Positions 1 through 15,134 of a DNA stretch of 64,000 nucleotides are shown here, piece by piece. A program made the translations under genes and the position numbers. Under the pieces are notes generated by a model that saw only the letters and a program-made list of their open reading frames with translations, was not told the DNA's origin and made no database searches. Within the stretch, counting starts at the first letter, position 1. Each line of letters begins with the position of its first letter. The DNA lies in assembly GCF_009914755.1 (NCBI RefSeq), contig NC_060940.1; one strand, 5' to 3'. The stretch comes from the human T2T-CHM13v2.0 reference genome, Homo sapiens.

Positions 1-2790
1 ATGATTCCATTGGATTTCACTTGATGATTCTATTCGATTCCATTCAATGATTATTCACTTCTCGTCCATTGGATGATTCCATTTCATTCCATTCGATGAT
101 GATTCCATTCGATTCCTTTCGATGATTCCATTTGATTCCATGCGACGGTGAGCAATTCGATTCAATTCCATGATGATTCTATTTGATTCAATTAGATGAT
201 GTTTCCATTCGAATCCATTCCATGATTATTCCATTGGAATCCATTTGGCGATGATTCCATATGAGTCAATTCAATGATGATTCCATATGGGTCCGTTCGA
301 TGATAATTCCATTTGATTTCATTCGATGCTTCTATTCAATTCCAGTCGATGATGATTCCGTTGGAGTCCATACGATGATTCCATTTGATTTCATTTGATG
401 ATGATTCCATTCGATGATGATTACATTGGATTCCATTCTATGATTCCATTCAATTCCATTCGTTGATGATTCGATTCCATTCAATGATGATTCCATTTGA
501 GTTCATTCGATGATTCTATTCGATTCCGTTCGATGGTGATTCAATTCTATTATATTGGATGATTCCACTCGATTCCATTTGATGATTATTCCATTGGAGT
601 CCACTTAGTGAATCCTTTAGATTCTACTCGAAGATGATTCCATTCGAGTCCATTCGATGATACCATTCAATTCCATTCGTTGATGCTTTCATTCAAGTGC
701 ATTCGATGATATCATTCGATTCCATTTGATGATAATTCCATTTGATTCCATGCAATGATTCTATTCCATTCCATTCAATGATAATTCCATTCAATTCAGT
801 GATTCCTCTGGACTCCATTTGATGATGATTCCATTCAATGATTCCATTCGATTCTATTCGAAAATGATTCCATTTGAATCCATTTGATGATGATTCCATT
901 AGATTCCATTTGATGATTCCATTCGATTCCATTTGATGATGATTCCATTCGATTCCATTTGATGATTCCATTCTATTCTATTCGATGATGATTCCATTCG
1001 ATTCCATTCGATGATGATTGGATTCGATTCCATTTGATGATTTCATTTGATTCCATTCGTTAATGATTTCGATCAACTCCATTCGATGATTCCATTTAAT
1101 TCCATTCGATAATGATTACATCCGAGTCCATTCGATGATTCCATTTGAGCCCGTTCGATAATTCCATTTGAGTCCAATCAATGATTCCATTCATTTCCAT
1201 TCAATGATTCCATTCGAGTCCATTTGATCATTCTGGTAGGGTCTGTTCGATGTTGATTCCATTGGAGTGCATTCGATGATTCCATTCGAGTCCATTTTAT
1301 GATTTGATTTGAGTCCTTTCGATGATTCCATTCGATTCCACTCGATGATGATTTCATTCGAGTCCATTCGACACTTCCAATCGATTCCATTTGATGTTTC
1401 CATTCGAGTCCAATTGATGATTCCATTCAATTCCATTCGATGATGATTCCGTACGATTCCATTCTGTGATGATTCCATGTGATTGCATTCAATGATGATT
1501 CCTTTCGATTGCATTCGATTATGATTCATTTCGTGTTCATTCTATGGTTCCACAGGTTTCCATTCGATGACGTTTCCGTTCGTGTCCATTCCATTATTCC
1601 ATTGTATTTCATTTGATGATGATTCCATTCGATTCCATTCATTGGTGATTCCACTCAATTCCATTCAATGATTCCATTCCATTTCTTTCAACAATGATTC
1701 CCTTAGTTTCTATTCGATGATCCACTTGATTCCATTTGGCGATGATTCCATTCGTGTCCATTCGATGATTCCATTTGATTCCATATGATGATGATTCCAT
1801 TCGATTCCATACCATGATGATTCCATTCGAGTCCATTCAATGGTGATTCCATTCAATTCCATTCGATGATTCCTTCCGATTCCATTCGATGATGATGGCA
1901 TTCGATTCCTTTCAATCATTCCCTTTGATTCCATTCAAAGGTGATTTCATTCAAGTCCATTCGATAATTGCATTCGATTCCATTCTATGATGATTCCATT
2001 CGAGTCCATTTGATGATTCCATTCAATTCAAGTCAATGATGATTCCATTCGATTCCACTCGATGATTCCATTGAATTCCATTCGATGATGATTCCATTCA
2101 AATCCATTCGATAATTCAATTCAAGTCCATTCGATGATGATTCCAATCGAATCCATTCAAAGATTCCATTCAATTCCATTCGATGATGATTCCCTTAGAT
2201 TCCATTCGATGATTCCACTTGATTCCATTTACGATGATTCCATTCGATTCCATGTGATGAATCCATTCAATTCTATTCAATGATGTTTCCATTTGATTCC
2301 ATTGGACCATGATTGCCTTTGATTCCATTCAATGATTCCATTCGGTTCCATTTGATGATGATTCCGTTCGATTCCATTTCATTATTCCATTTGATTCCAT
2401 TGGATGAGTCCATTCGATTACATTCGATGATTATTCCATTCGAGTGCATTAGATGATTGCATTCGAGTCCATTCGATGATTCCATTCGATGTTGATTCTG
2501 TTCAAATCCATTCGATGATTCCACTCGATTCCATTTGATGACTCCATTTGATCCCATTCGATGATTTCCTGTGATTCCCTTTGATGATCATTCTATTTGA
2601 TTCAATTCGGTGATTTCATTTCATTCCATTCAGTGATGTTTCCATTCGACTGTATTCCATGATGATTCCATTCGACTCCATTCGATTATGATTTCATTCA
2701 ATTCCATTCAATAATGATTCCATTCGAGTCCATTCGATGATTCCATTCGATTCCATTCAACGATGATTTGATTCGTTTCCATTCGATGAT
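1..2790 (+). repeat. Partial 6.1 kb-type HSat2 unit; left copy of a dispersed duplication with ~44763-47560
   Basis: ORF-track landmarks 693, 1178, 1639 and 2273 recur at 45455, 45940, 46401 and 47035, a constant offset of 44,762. Shared private variants include gacgtttccg, ccttccgatt, ttggaccatg and gactgtattc. Confidence 0.85.
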
Positions 2791-3510
2791 TCCATTGGAT
2801 TCCATTCGATGATGATTCCATTCAAATCCATTCGATAATTCAATTCAAGTCCATTCAATGATGATTCCAATCGAATCCATTCAAAGATTCCATTCAGTTC
2901 CATTCGATGATTCACTTAGATTCCATTCGATGATTCCACTAGATTCCATTTACGATGATTCCATTCGATTCCATGTGATGATTCCATTCAATTCTATTCA
3001 ATGATGTTTCCATTTGATTCCATTCAACCATGATTGCCTTTGATTCCATTCAATGATTCCATTCGGTTCCTTTTGATGATGATTCCGTTCGATTCCATTT
3101 GATGATTCCATTTGATTCCATTGGATGAGTCCATTCGATTACATTCGATGATTATTCCATTCGAGTGCATTAGATGATTCCATTCGAGTCCATTCGATGA
3201 TTCCATTCGATTCCATTCGATGTTGATTCTGTTCAAATCCATTCGATGATTCCACTCGATTCCATTCGATGACTCCATTTGATCCCATTCGATGATTTCC
3301 TGTGATTCCCTTTGATGATCATTCCATTTGATTCAATTCGGTGATTTCATTTGATTCCATTCAGTGACGTTTCCATTCGACTCCATTCGATGATGATTCC
3401 ATTCGACTCCATTCGATTATGATTTCATTCAATTCCATTCGATAATGATTCCCTTCGTGTCCATTCGATGATTCCATTCGATTCCATTCAACGATGATTT
3501 GATTCGTGTC
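2060..3510 (+). repeat. ~721 bp local tandem duplication
   Basis: Landmark ctattcaatgatgtttcc occurs at 2273 and 2994. At ~2775-2800 the sequence jumps from gatttgattcgtttcc back to gattccattggattcc...caaatcc. Confidence 0.75.
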
Positions 3511-6500
3511 CATTCGATGATTCCATTTGATTCCACTTGATGATGATTCCATTCGAGTCCATTTGATGATTCCATTCAATTCCATTCTCCGATGATTTCT
3601 TTTGAGCCCATTCAATGCTTCCACTCGATTCCATATGATGATGACTCCATTCGATTAAATTCGATGATGATTCCATTCGCTTGCGTTCGATGATGATTCC
3701 ACTTGAGTCCGTTAGAAGATTCTATTCAAATACATTCCATGACGATTCCGTTCGAGTCCATTTGATGATTCCATTAGACTCCATTCGACGATGATTCCAT
3801 TCGATGTTATTCGATGATTCCATTCGATCTCATTCGATGATGATTCCATTCAACTCCATTCGATGTTTCCATTCGAGTTCATTCTATTATTCCATTAGAT
3901 TCCATTCGATGATGATTCCATTCGATTCCATTTGATGATTGCATTCTATTTCATTTGATGATGATTCCATTCGAGTCCACTCGATGATTCCATTCGAGTC
4001 CATTTAATGAATCCATTGGTTTCAATTCTATGATGATTACATTGGATTCCATTCGTTGATGATTTCATTCGGTTCCATTCAATGATGATTCTATTCAATT
4101 CCTTTCAATGTTTCCATTCAATTCCATACGATGATGATTCCATTTGATTTGATTCGACAGTGAGCCATTCGATTCAATTCCATGATGATTCTATTTGATT
4201 CAATTGGTTGACATTTCCATTCGATTCCATTCGATGATGATTCCCTTTGATTCCATTCAAAGATGATTCCATTCTAGCCCATTCAATCATTCCATTCGAT
4301 TCTATTCAATGATGATTCCATTCATGTCGATTTGGTGATTCCATTTGACTTCATTTGATGATGATTGCTTTCAAGTTCATTAGATGATTCCATTCGATTC
4401 CATTTGATGATGATCCCATTCGAGTCCATTTGATGATTCCATTCGTTTCCATTCCATGATGATTCCATTCCATTCCATTCAATGATTCCATTCGATTCCG
4501 TTTGGTGATGATTTCATTCGAGTCCATTTGATGATTCCATTTGATTCCATTCGATGATGATTCCATTCGAGTCCATTCGATGATTCTATTCGAATCCATT
4601 TGATGATTTCTTTTGATTATATTTGGTGATGATTCCATTGGAGTTCATTCAATGATTCCATTCGATTTCAATCGATGGTGCTTCCATTAGAGTCCATTTA
4701 ATGATTCCATTTGATTCCAGTCTCTGATGATTACATTCGAGTCCATACGATGATTCCACTCAATTCCATATGATGATGATTCCATTCGATTCCATTCGAT
4801 GATTCCATTCGATTCCATTCAACGATGATTTGATTCGTTTCCATTCGATGATTCCATTGGATTCCATTCGATGATGATTCCATTCAAATCCATTCGATAA
4901 TTCAATTCAAGTCCATTCGATGATGATTCCAATCGAATCCATTCAAAGATTCCATTCAGTTCCATTCGATGATTCCCTTAGATTCCATTCGATGATTCCA
5001 CTTGATTCCATTTACGATGATTCCATTCGATTCCATGTGATGATTCCATTCAATTCTATTCAATGATGTTGCCATTTGATTCCATTCGACCATGATTGCC
5101 TTTGATTCCATTCAATGATTCCATTCGGTTCCTTTTGATGATGATTCCGTTCGATTCCATTTGATGATTCCATTTGATTCCATTGGATGAGTCCATTCGA
5201 TTACATTCGATGATTATTCCATTCGAGTGCATTAGATGATTCCATTCGAGTCCATTCGATGATTCCATTCGATTCCATTCGATGTTGATTCTGTTCAAAT
5301 CCATTCGATGATTCCACTCGATTCCATTCGATGACTCCATTTGATCCCATTCGATGATTTCCTGTGATTCCCTTTGATGATCATTCCATTTGATTCAATT
5401 CGGTGATTTCATTTGATTCCATTCAGTGATGTTTCCATTCCACTCCATTCGATGATGATTCCATTCGACTCCATTCGATTATGATTTCATTCAATTCCAT
5501 TCGATAATGATTCCCTTCAAGTCCATTCGATGATTCCATTCGATTCCATTCAACGATGATTTGATTCGTGTCCATTCGATGATTCCATTTGATTCCACTT
5601 GATGATGATTCCATTCGAGTCCATTTGATGATTCCATTCAATTCCATTCTCCGATGATTTCTTTTGAGCCCATTCAATGCTTCCACTCGATTCCATATGA
5701 TGATGACTCCATTCGATTAAATTCGATGATGATTCCATTCGCTTGCATTCGATGATGATTCCACTTGAGTCCGTTAGAAGATTCTATTCAATTACATTCC
5801 ATGACGATTCCGATCGAGTCCATTTGATGATTCCATTAGACTCCATTCGACGATGATTCCATTCGATGTTATTCGATGATTCCATTCGATCTCATTCGAT
5901 GATGATTCCATTCAACTCCATTCGATGTTTCCATTCGAGTTCATTCTATTATTCCATTAGATTCCATTCGATGATGATTCCATTCGATTCCATTTGATGA
6001 TTGCATTCTATTTCATTTGATGATGATTCCATTCGAGTCCACTCGATGATTCCATTCGAGTCCATTTAATGAATCCATTGGTTTCAATTCTATGATGATT
6101 ACATTGGATTCCATTCGTTGATGATTTCATTCGGTTCCATTCAATGATGATTCCATTCAATTCCTTTCAATGTTTCCATTCAATTGCATACGATGATGCT
6201 TCCATTTGATTTGATTCGACAGTGAGCCATTCGATTCAATTCCATGATGAATCTATTTTATTCAATTGGTTGACATTTCCATTCGATTCCATTCGATGAT
6301 GATTCCCTTTGATTCCATTCAAAGATGATTCCATTCTAGCCCATTCAATCATTCCATTCGATTCTATTCAATGATGATTCCATTCATGTCGATTTGGTGA
6401 TTCCATTTGACTTCATTTGATGATGATTCCTTTCAAGTTCATTAGATGATTCCATTCGATTCCATTTGATGATGATCCCATTCGAGTCCATTCAGTGATT

Positions 6501-6960
6501 CCATTCGTTTCCATTCCATGATGATTCCATTCCATTCCATTCAATGATTCCATTCGATTCCGTTTGATGATGATTTCATTCGAGTCCATTTGATGTTTCC
6601 ATTCGTTTCCATTCCATGATGATTCCATTCCATTCCATTCAATGATTCCATTCGATTCCGTTTGGTGATGATTTCATTCGAGTCCATTTGATGATTCCAT
6701 TTGATTCCATTCGATGATGATTCCATTCGAGTCCATTCGATGATTCTATTCGAATCCCCTTGACGATTTCTTTTGATTATATTTGGTGATGATTCCATTG
6801 GAGTCCATTCAATGATTCCATTCGATTCCAATCGATGGTGATTCCATTAGAGTCCATTTAATGATTCCATTTGATTCCAGTCTCTGATGATTACATTCGA
6901 GTCCATACGATGATTCCACTCAATTCCATATGATGATGATTCCATTCGATTCCATTCGAT
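2740..6960 (+). repeat. 2062 bp tandem duplication whose second copy runs into the 3194 bp array
   Basis: Landmarks 2994/5056, 3361/5423, 3488/5550 and 4351/6413 are all offset by 2062. The junction near 4800-4820 re-enters at caacgatgatttgattcgtttcc. Confidence 0.85.
6499..6694 (+). repeat. 98 bp tandem duplication fixed in the 3194 bp unit (first copy shown)
   Basis: ccattcgtttccattccatgatgattccattccattccattcaatg starts at 6501 and again at 6599. It is single-copy at the homologous sites near 4440, 58440 and 63525. Confidence 0.9.
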
Positions 6961-9900
6961 GATTCCATTCTATTCTAATCGATGATGATTCCATTCGATT
7001 CCATTCGATGATGATTGGATTCGATTCCATTTGATGATTTCATTTGATTCCATTCGTTAATGATTTCGATCAACTCCATTCGATGATTCCATTCGATTCC
7101 ATTCGATAATGATTACATCCGAGTCCATTCGATGATTCCATTTGAGCCCGTTCGATAATTCCATTTGAGTCCAATCAATGATTCCATTCATTTCCATCCA
7201 ATGATTCCATTCGAGTCCATTTGATCATTCTGGTAGGGTCCGTTCGATGTTGATTCCATTGGAGTGCATTCGATGATTCCATTCGAGTCCATTTTATGAT
7301 TTGATTCGAGTCCTTTCGATGATTCCATTCGATTCCACTCGATGATGATTTCATTCGAGTCCATTCGACACTTCCAATCGATTCCATTTGATGTTTCCAT
7401 TCGAGTCCAATTGATGATTCCATTCAATTCCATTCGATGATGATTCCGTACGATTCCATTCTGTGATGATTCCATGTGATTGCATTCAATGATGATTCCT
7501 TTCGATTGCATTCGATTGTGATTCATTTCGTGTTCATTCTATGGTTCCACAGGTTTCCATTCGTGTCCATTCCATTATTCCATTCTATTCCATTTCATGA
7601 TGATTCCATTCGATTCCATTCATTGGTGATTCCACTCAATTCCATTCAATGATTCCATTCCATTTCTTTCAACAATGATTCCATTAGGTTCTAATCGATG
7701 ATCCACTTGATTCCATTTGATGACGATTCCATTCTTGCCATTCGATGATTCCATTTGATTCCATATGATGATGATTCCATTCGATTCCATACGATGATGA
7801 TTCCATTCGAGTCCATTCAATGGTGATTCCATTCCATTCCATTCCATGATTCCTTTTGATTCCATTCGATGATGATGGCATTCGATTCCTTTCAATCATT
7901 CCCTTTGATTCCATTCAAAGGTGATTTCATTCAAGTCCATTCGATAATTGCATTCGATTCCATTCTATGATGATTCCATTCGAGTCCATTTGATGATTCC
8001 ATTCAATTCAAGTCAATGATGATTCCATTCGATTCCATTCGATGATTCCATTGGATTCCATTCGATGATGATTCCATTCAAATCCATTCGATAATTCAAT
8101 TCAAGTCCATTCGATGATGATTCCAATCGAATCCATTCAAAGATTCCATTCAGTTCCATTCGATGATAACCTTAGATTCCATTCGATGATTCCACTTGTT
8201 TCCATTTACGATGATTCCATTCGATTCCATGTGATGATTCCATTCAATTCTATTCAATGATGTCTCCATTTGATTCCATTCGACCATGATTGCCTTTGCT
8301 TCCATTCAATGTTTCCATTCGGTTCCTTTTGATGATAATTCCGTTCGATTCCATTTGATGATTCCATTTGATTCCATTGGATGAGTCCATTCGATTACAT
8401 TCGATGATTATTCCATTCGAGTGCATTAGATGATTCCATTCGAGTCCATTCGATGATTCCATTCGATTCCATTCGATGTTGATTCTGTTCAAATCCATTC
8501 GATGATTCCACTCGATTCCATTCGATGACTCCATTTGATCCCATTCGATGATTTCCTGTGATTCCCTTTGATGATCATTCCATTTGATTCAATTCGGTGA
8601 TTTCATTTGATTCCATTCAGTGATGTTTCCATTCCACTCCATTCGATGATGATTCCATTCGACTCCATTCGATTATGATTTCATTCAATTCCATTCGATA
8701 ATGATTCCCTTCAAGTCCATTCGATGATTCCATTCGATTCCATTCAACGATGATTTGATTCGTGTCCATTCGATGATTCCATTTGATTCCACTTGATGAT
8801 GATTCCATTCGAGTCCATTTGATGATTCCATTCAATTCCATTCTCCGATGATTTCTTTTGAGCCCATTCAATGCTTCCACTCGATTCCATATGATGATGA
8901 CTCCATTCGATTAAATTCGATGATGATTCCGTTCGCTTGCGTTCGATGATGATTCCACTTGAGTCCGTTAGAAGATTCTATTCAATTACATTCCATGACG
9001 ATTCCGATCGAGTCCATTTGATGATTCCATTAGACTCCATTCGACGATGATTCCATTCGATGTTATTCGATGATTCCATTCGATCTCATTCGATGATGAT
9101 TCCATTCAACTCCATTCGATGTTTCCATTCGAGTTCATTCTATTATTCCATTAGATTCCATTCGATGATGATTCCATTCGATTCCATTTGATGATTGCAT
9201 TCTATTTCATTTGATGATGATTCCATTCGAGTCCACTCGATGATTCCATTCGAGTCCATTTAATGAATCCATTGGTTTCAATTCTATGATGATTACATTG
9301 GATTCCATTCGTTGATGATTTCATTCGTTTCCATTCAATGATGATTCCATTCAATTCCTTTCAATGTTTCCATTCAATTCCATACGATGATGCTTCCATT
9401 TGATTTGATTCGACAGTGAGCCATTCGATTCAATTCCATGATGAATCTATTTTATTCAATTGGTTGACATTTCCATTCGATTCCATTCGATGATGATTCC
9501 CTTTGATTCCATTCAAAGATGATTCCATTCTAGCCCATTCAATCATTCCATTCGATTCTATTCAATGATGATTCCATTCATGTCGATTTGGTGATTCCAT
9601 TTGACTTCATTTGATGATGATTCCTTTCAAGTTCATTAGATGATTCCATTCGATTCCATTTGATGATGATCCCATTCGAGTCCATTCAGTGATTCCATTC
9701 GTTTCCATTCCATGATGATTCCATTCCATTCCATTCAATGATTCCATTCGATTCCGTTTGATGATGATTTCATTCGAGTCCATTTGATGTTTCCATTCGT
9801 TTCCATTCCATGATGATTCCATTCCATTCCATTCAATGATTCCATTCGATTCCGTTTGGTGATGATTTCATTCGAGTCCATTTGATGATTCCATTTGATT

Positions 9901-12900
9901 CCATTCGATGATGATTCCATTCGAGTCCATTCGATGATTCTATTCGAATCCACTTGACGATTTCTTTTGATTATAGTTGGTGATGATTCCATTGGAGTCC
10001 ATTCAATGATTCCATTCGATTCCAATCGATGGTGATTCCATTAGAGTCCATTTAATGATTCCATTTGATTCCAGTCTCTGATGATTCCATTCGAGTCCAT
10101 ACGATGATTCCACTCAATTCCATATGATGATGATTCCATTCGATTCCATTCGATGATTCCATTCTATTCTAATCGATGATGATTCCATTCGATTCCATTC
10201 GATGATGATTGGATTCGATTCCATTTGATGATTTCATTTGATTCCATTCGTTAATGATTTCGATCAACTCCATTCGATGATTCCATTCGATTCCATTCGA
10301 TAATGATTACATCCGAGTCCATTCGATGATTCCATTTGAGCCCGTTCGATAATTCCATTTGAGTCCAATCAATGATTCCATTCATTTCCATTCAATGATT
10401 CCATTCGAGTCCATTTGATCATTCTGGTAGGGTCCGTTCGATGTTGATTCCATTGGAGTGCATTCGATGATTCCATTCGAGTCCATTTTATGATTTGATT
10501 CGAGTCCTTTCGATGATTCCATTCGATTCCACTCGATGATGATTTCATTCGAGTCCATTCGACACTTCCAATCGATTCCATTTGATGTTTCCATTCGAGT
10601 CCAATTGATGATTCCATTCAATTCCATTCGATGATGATTCCGTACGATTCCATTCTGTGATGATTCCATGTGATTGCATTCAATGATGATTCCTTTCGAT
10701 TGCATTCGATTGTGATTCATTTCGTGTTCATTCTATGGTTCCACAGGTTTCCGTTCGTGTCCATTCCATTATTCCATTCTATTCCATTTCATGATGATTC
10801 CATTCGATTCCATTCATTGGTGATTCCACTCAATTCCATTCAATGATTCCATTCCATTTCTTTCAACAATGATTCCATTAGGTTCTAATCGATGATCCAC
10901 TTGATTCCATTTGATGACGATTCCATTCTTGCCATTCGATGATTCCATTTGATTCCATATGATGATGATTCCATTCGATTCCATACGATGATGATTCCAT
11001 TCGAGTCCATTCAATGGTGATTCCATTCCATTCCATTCCATGATTCCTTTTGATTCCATTCGATGATGATGGCATTCGATTCCTTTCAATCATTCCCTTT
11101 GATTCCATTCAAAGGTGATTTCATTCAAGTCCATTCGATAATTGCATTCGATTCCATTCTATGATGATTCCATTCGAGTCCATTTGATGATTCCATTCAA
11201 TTCAAGTCAATGATGATTCCATTCGATTCCATTCGATGATTCCATTGGATTCCATTCGATGATGATTCCATTCAAATCCATTCGATAATTCAATTCAAGT
11301 CCATTCGATGATGATTCCAATCGAATCCATTCAAAGATTCCATTCAGTTCCATTCGATGATAACCTTAGATTCCATTCGATGATTCCACTTGTTTCCATT
11401 TACGATGATTCCATTCGATTCCATGTGATGATTCCATTCAATTCTATTCAATGATGTCTCCATTTGATTCCATTCGACCATGATTGCCTTTGCTTCCATT
11501 CAATGTTTCCATTCGGTTCCTTTTGATGATAATTCCGTTCGATTCCATTTGATGATTCCATTTGATTCCATTGGATGAGTCCATTCGATTACATTCGATG
11601 ATTATTCCATTCGAGTGCATTAGATGATTCCATTCGAGTCCATTCGATGATTCCATTCGATTCCATTCGATGTTGATTCTGTTCAAATCCATTCGATGAT
11701 TCCACTCGATTCCATTCGATGACTCCATTTGATCCCATTCGATGATTTCCTGTGATTCCCTTTGATGATCATTCCATTTGATTCAATTCGGTGATTTCAT
11801 TTGATTCCATTCAGTGATGTTTCCATTCCACTCCATCCGATGATGATTCCATTCGACTCCATTCGATTATGATTTCATTCAATTCCATTCGATAATGATT
11901 CCCTTCAAGTCCATTCGATGATTCCATTCGATTCCATTCAACGATGATTTGATTCGTGTCCATTCGATGATTCCATTTGATTCCACTTGATGATGATTCC
12001 ATTCGAGTCCATTTGATGATTCCATTCAATTCCATTCTCCGATGATTTCTTTTGAGCCCATTCAATGCTTCCACTCGATTCCATATGATGATGACTCCAT
12101 TCGATTAAATTCGATGATGATTCCGTTCGCTTGCGTTCGATGATGATTCCACTTGAGTCCGTTAGAAGATTCTATTCAATTACATTCCATGACGATTCCG
12201 ATCGAGTCCATTTGATGATTCCATTAGACTCCATTCGACGATGATTCCATTCGATGTTATTCGATGATTCCATTCGATCTCATTCGATGATGATTCCATT
12301 CAACTCCATTCGATGTTTCCATTCGAGTTCATTCTATTATTCCATTAGATTCCATTCGATGATGATTCCATTCGATTCCATTTGATGATTGCATTCTATT
12401 TCATTTGATGATGATTCCATTCGAGTCCACTCGATGATTCCATTCGAGTCCATTTAATGAATCCATTGGTTTCAATTCTATGATGATTACATTGGATTCC
12501 ATTCGTTGATGATTTCATTCGGTTCCATTCAATGATGATTCCATTCAATTCCTTTCAATGTTTCCATTCAATTGCATACGATGATGCTTCCATTTGATTT
12601 GATTCGACAGTGAGCCATTCGATTCAATTCCATGATGAATCTATTTTATTCAATTGGTTGACATTTCCATTCGATTCCATTCGATGATGATTCCCTTTGA
12701 TTCCATTCAAAGATGATTCCATTCTAGCCCATTCAATCATTCCATTCGAATCTATTCAATGATGATTCCATTCATGTCGATTTGGTGATTCCATTTGACT
12801 TCATTTGATGATGATTCCTTTCAAGTTCATTAGATGATTCCATTCGATTCCATTTGATGATGATCCCATTCGAGTCCATTCAGTGATTCCATTCGTTTCC

Positions 12901-13348
12901 ATTCCATGATGATTCCATTCCATTCCATTCAATGATTCCATTCGATTCCGTTTGATGATGATTTCATTCGAGTCCATTTGATGTTTCCATTCGTTTCCAT
13001 TCCATGATGATTCCATTCCATTCCATTCAATGATTCCATTCGATTCCGTTTGGTGATGATTTCATTCGAGTCCATTTGATGATTCCATTTGATTCCATTC
13101 GATGATGATTCCATTCGAGTCCATTCGATGATTCTATTCGAATCCACTTGATGATTTCTTTTGATTATAGTTGGTGATGATTCCATTGGAGTCCATTCAA
13201 TGATTCCATTCGATTCCAATCGATGGTGATTCCATTAGAGTCCATTTAATGATTCCATTTGATTCCAGTCTCTGATGATTCCATTCGAGTCCATACGATG
13301 ATTCCACTCAATTCCATATGATGATGATTCCATTCGATTCCATTCGAT

Positions 13349-15134
13349 GATTCCATTCTATTCTAATCGATGATGATTCCATTCGATTCCATTCGATGAT
13401 GATTGGATTCGATTCCATTTGATGATTTCATTTGATTCCATTCGTTAATGATTTCGATCAACTCCATTCGATGATTCCATTCGATTCCATTCGATAATGA
13501 TTACATCCGAGTCCATTCGATGATTCCATTTGAGCCCGTTCGATAATTCCATTTGAGTCCAATCAATGATTCCATTCATTTCCATTCAATGATTCCATTC
13601 GAGTCCATTTGATCATTCTGGTAGGGTCCGTTCGATGTTGATTCCATTGGAGTGCATTCGATGATTCCATTCGAGTCCATTTTATGATTTGATTCGAGTC
13701 CTTTCGATGATTCCATTCGATTCCACTCGATGATGATTTCATTCGAGTCCATTCGACACTTCCAATCGATTCCATTTGATGTTTCCATTCGAGTCCAATT
13801 GATGATTCCATTCAATTCCATTCTCCGATGATTTCTTTTGAGCCCATTCAATGCTTCCACTCGATTCCATATGATGATGACTCCATTCGATTAAATTCGA
13901 TGATGATTCCGTTCGCTTGCGTTCGATGATGATTCCACTTGAGTCCGTTAGAAGATTCTATTCAATTACATTCCATGACGATTCCGATCGAGTCCATTTG
14001 ATGATTCCATTAGACTCCATTCGACGATGATTCCATTCGATGTTATTCGATGATTCCATTCGATCTCATTCGATGATGATTCCATTCAACTCCATTCGAT
14101 GTTTCCATTCGAGTTCATTCTATTATTCCATTAGATTCCATTCGATGATGATTCCATTCGATTCCATTTGATGATTGCATTCTATTTCATTTGATGATGA
14201 TTCCATTCGAGTCCACTCGATGATTCCATTCGAGTCCATTTAATGAATCCATTGGTTTCAATTCTATGATGATTACATTGGATTCCATTCGTTGATGATT
14301 TCATTCGGTTCCATTCAATGATGATTCCATTCAATTCCTTTCAATGTTTCCATTCAATTGCATACGATGATGCTTCCATTTGATTTGATTCGACAGTGAG
14401 CCATTCGATTCAATTCCATGATGAATCTATTTTATTCAATTGGTTGACATTTCCATTCGATTCCATTCGATGATGATTCCCTTTGATTCCATTCAAAGAT
14501 GATTCCATTCTAGCCCATTCAATCATTCCATTCGATTCTATTCAATGATGATTCCATTCATGTCGATTTGGTGATTCCATTTGACTTCATTTGATGATGA
14601 TTCCTTTCAAGTTCATTAGATGATTCCATTCGATTCCATTTGATGATGATCCCATTCGAGTCCATTCAGTGATTCCATTCGTTTCCATTCCATGATGATT
14701 CCATTCCATTCCATTCAATGATTCCATTCGATTCCGTTTGATGATGATTTCATTCGAGTCCATTTGATGTTTCCATTCGTTTCCATTCCATGATGATTCC
14801 ATTCCATTCCATTCAATGATTCCATTCGATTCCGTTTGGTGATGATTTCATTCGAGTCCATTTGATGATTCCATTTGATTCCATTCGATGATGATTCCAT
14901 TCGAGTCCATTCGATGATTCTATTCGAATCCACTTGATGATTTCTTTTGATTATAGTTGGTGATGATTCCATTGGAGTCCATTCAATGATTCCATTCGAT
15001 TCCAATCGATGGTGATTCCATTAGAGTCCATTTAATGATTCCATTTGATTCCAGTCTCTGATGATTCCATTCGAGTCCATACGATGATTCCACTCAATTC
15101 CATATGATGATGATTCCATTCGATTCCATTCGAT
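13349..15134 (+). repeat. Internally deleted HOR copy, 1786 bp (1408 bp deletion)
   Basis: Landmark spacing 13563 to 15349 is 1786. The fusion lies at 13799-13823, and ORF 13576..13860 is a chimera of two ORFs that are separate in other copies. Confidence 0.93.

Noticed and set aside
2108-2130. Possible DUX4 site (taattcaattc), since DUX4 is reported to bind HSATII
   Set aside because: It does not match TAAYYYAATCA. A position-weight-matrix scan or ChIP data would be needed.
7824-7848. Short pure (CATTC)n run suggesting HSat3 or a GGAAT hairpin element
   Set aside because: It has only 3-4 pentamers, produced by point changes within an HSat2 monomer.
13349-15134. 1786 bp unit as an HSat2A (~1.77 kb) repeat
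   Set aside because: It is fully explained as a 3194 bp copy with a 1408 bp deletion; the similar length is coincidental.
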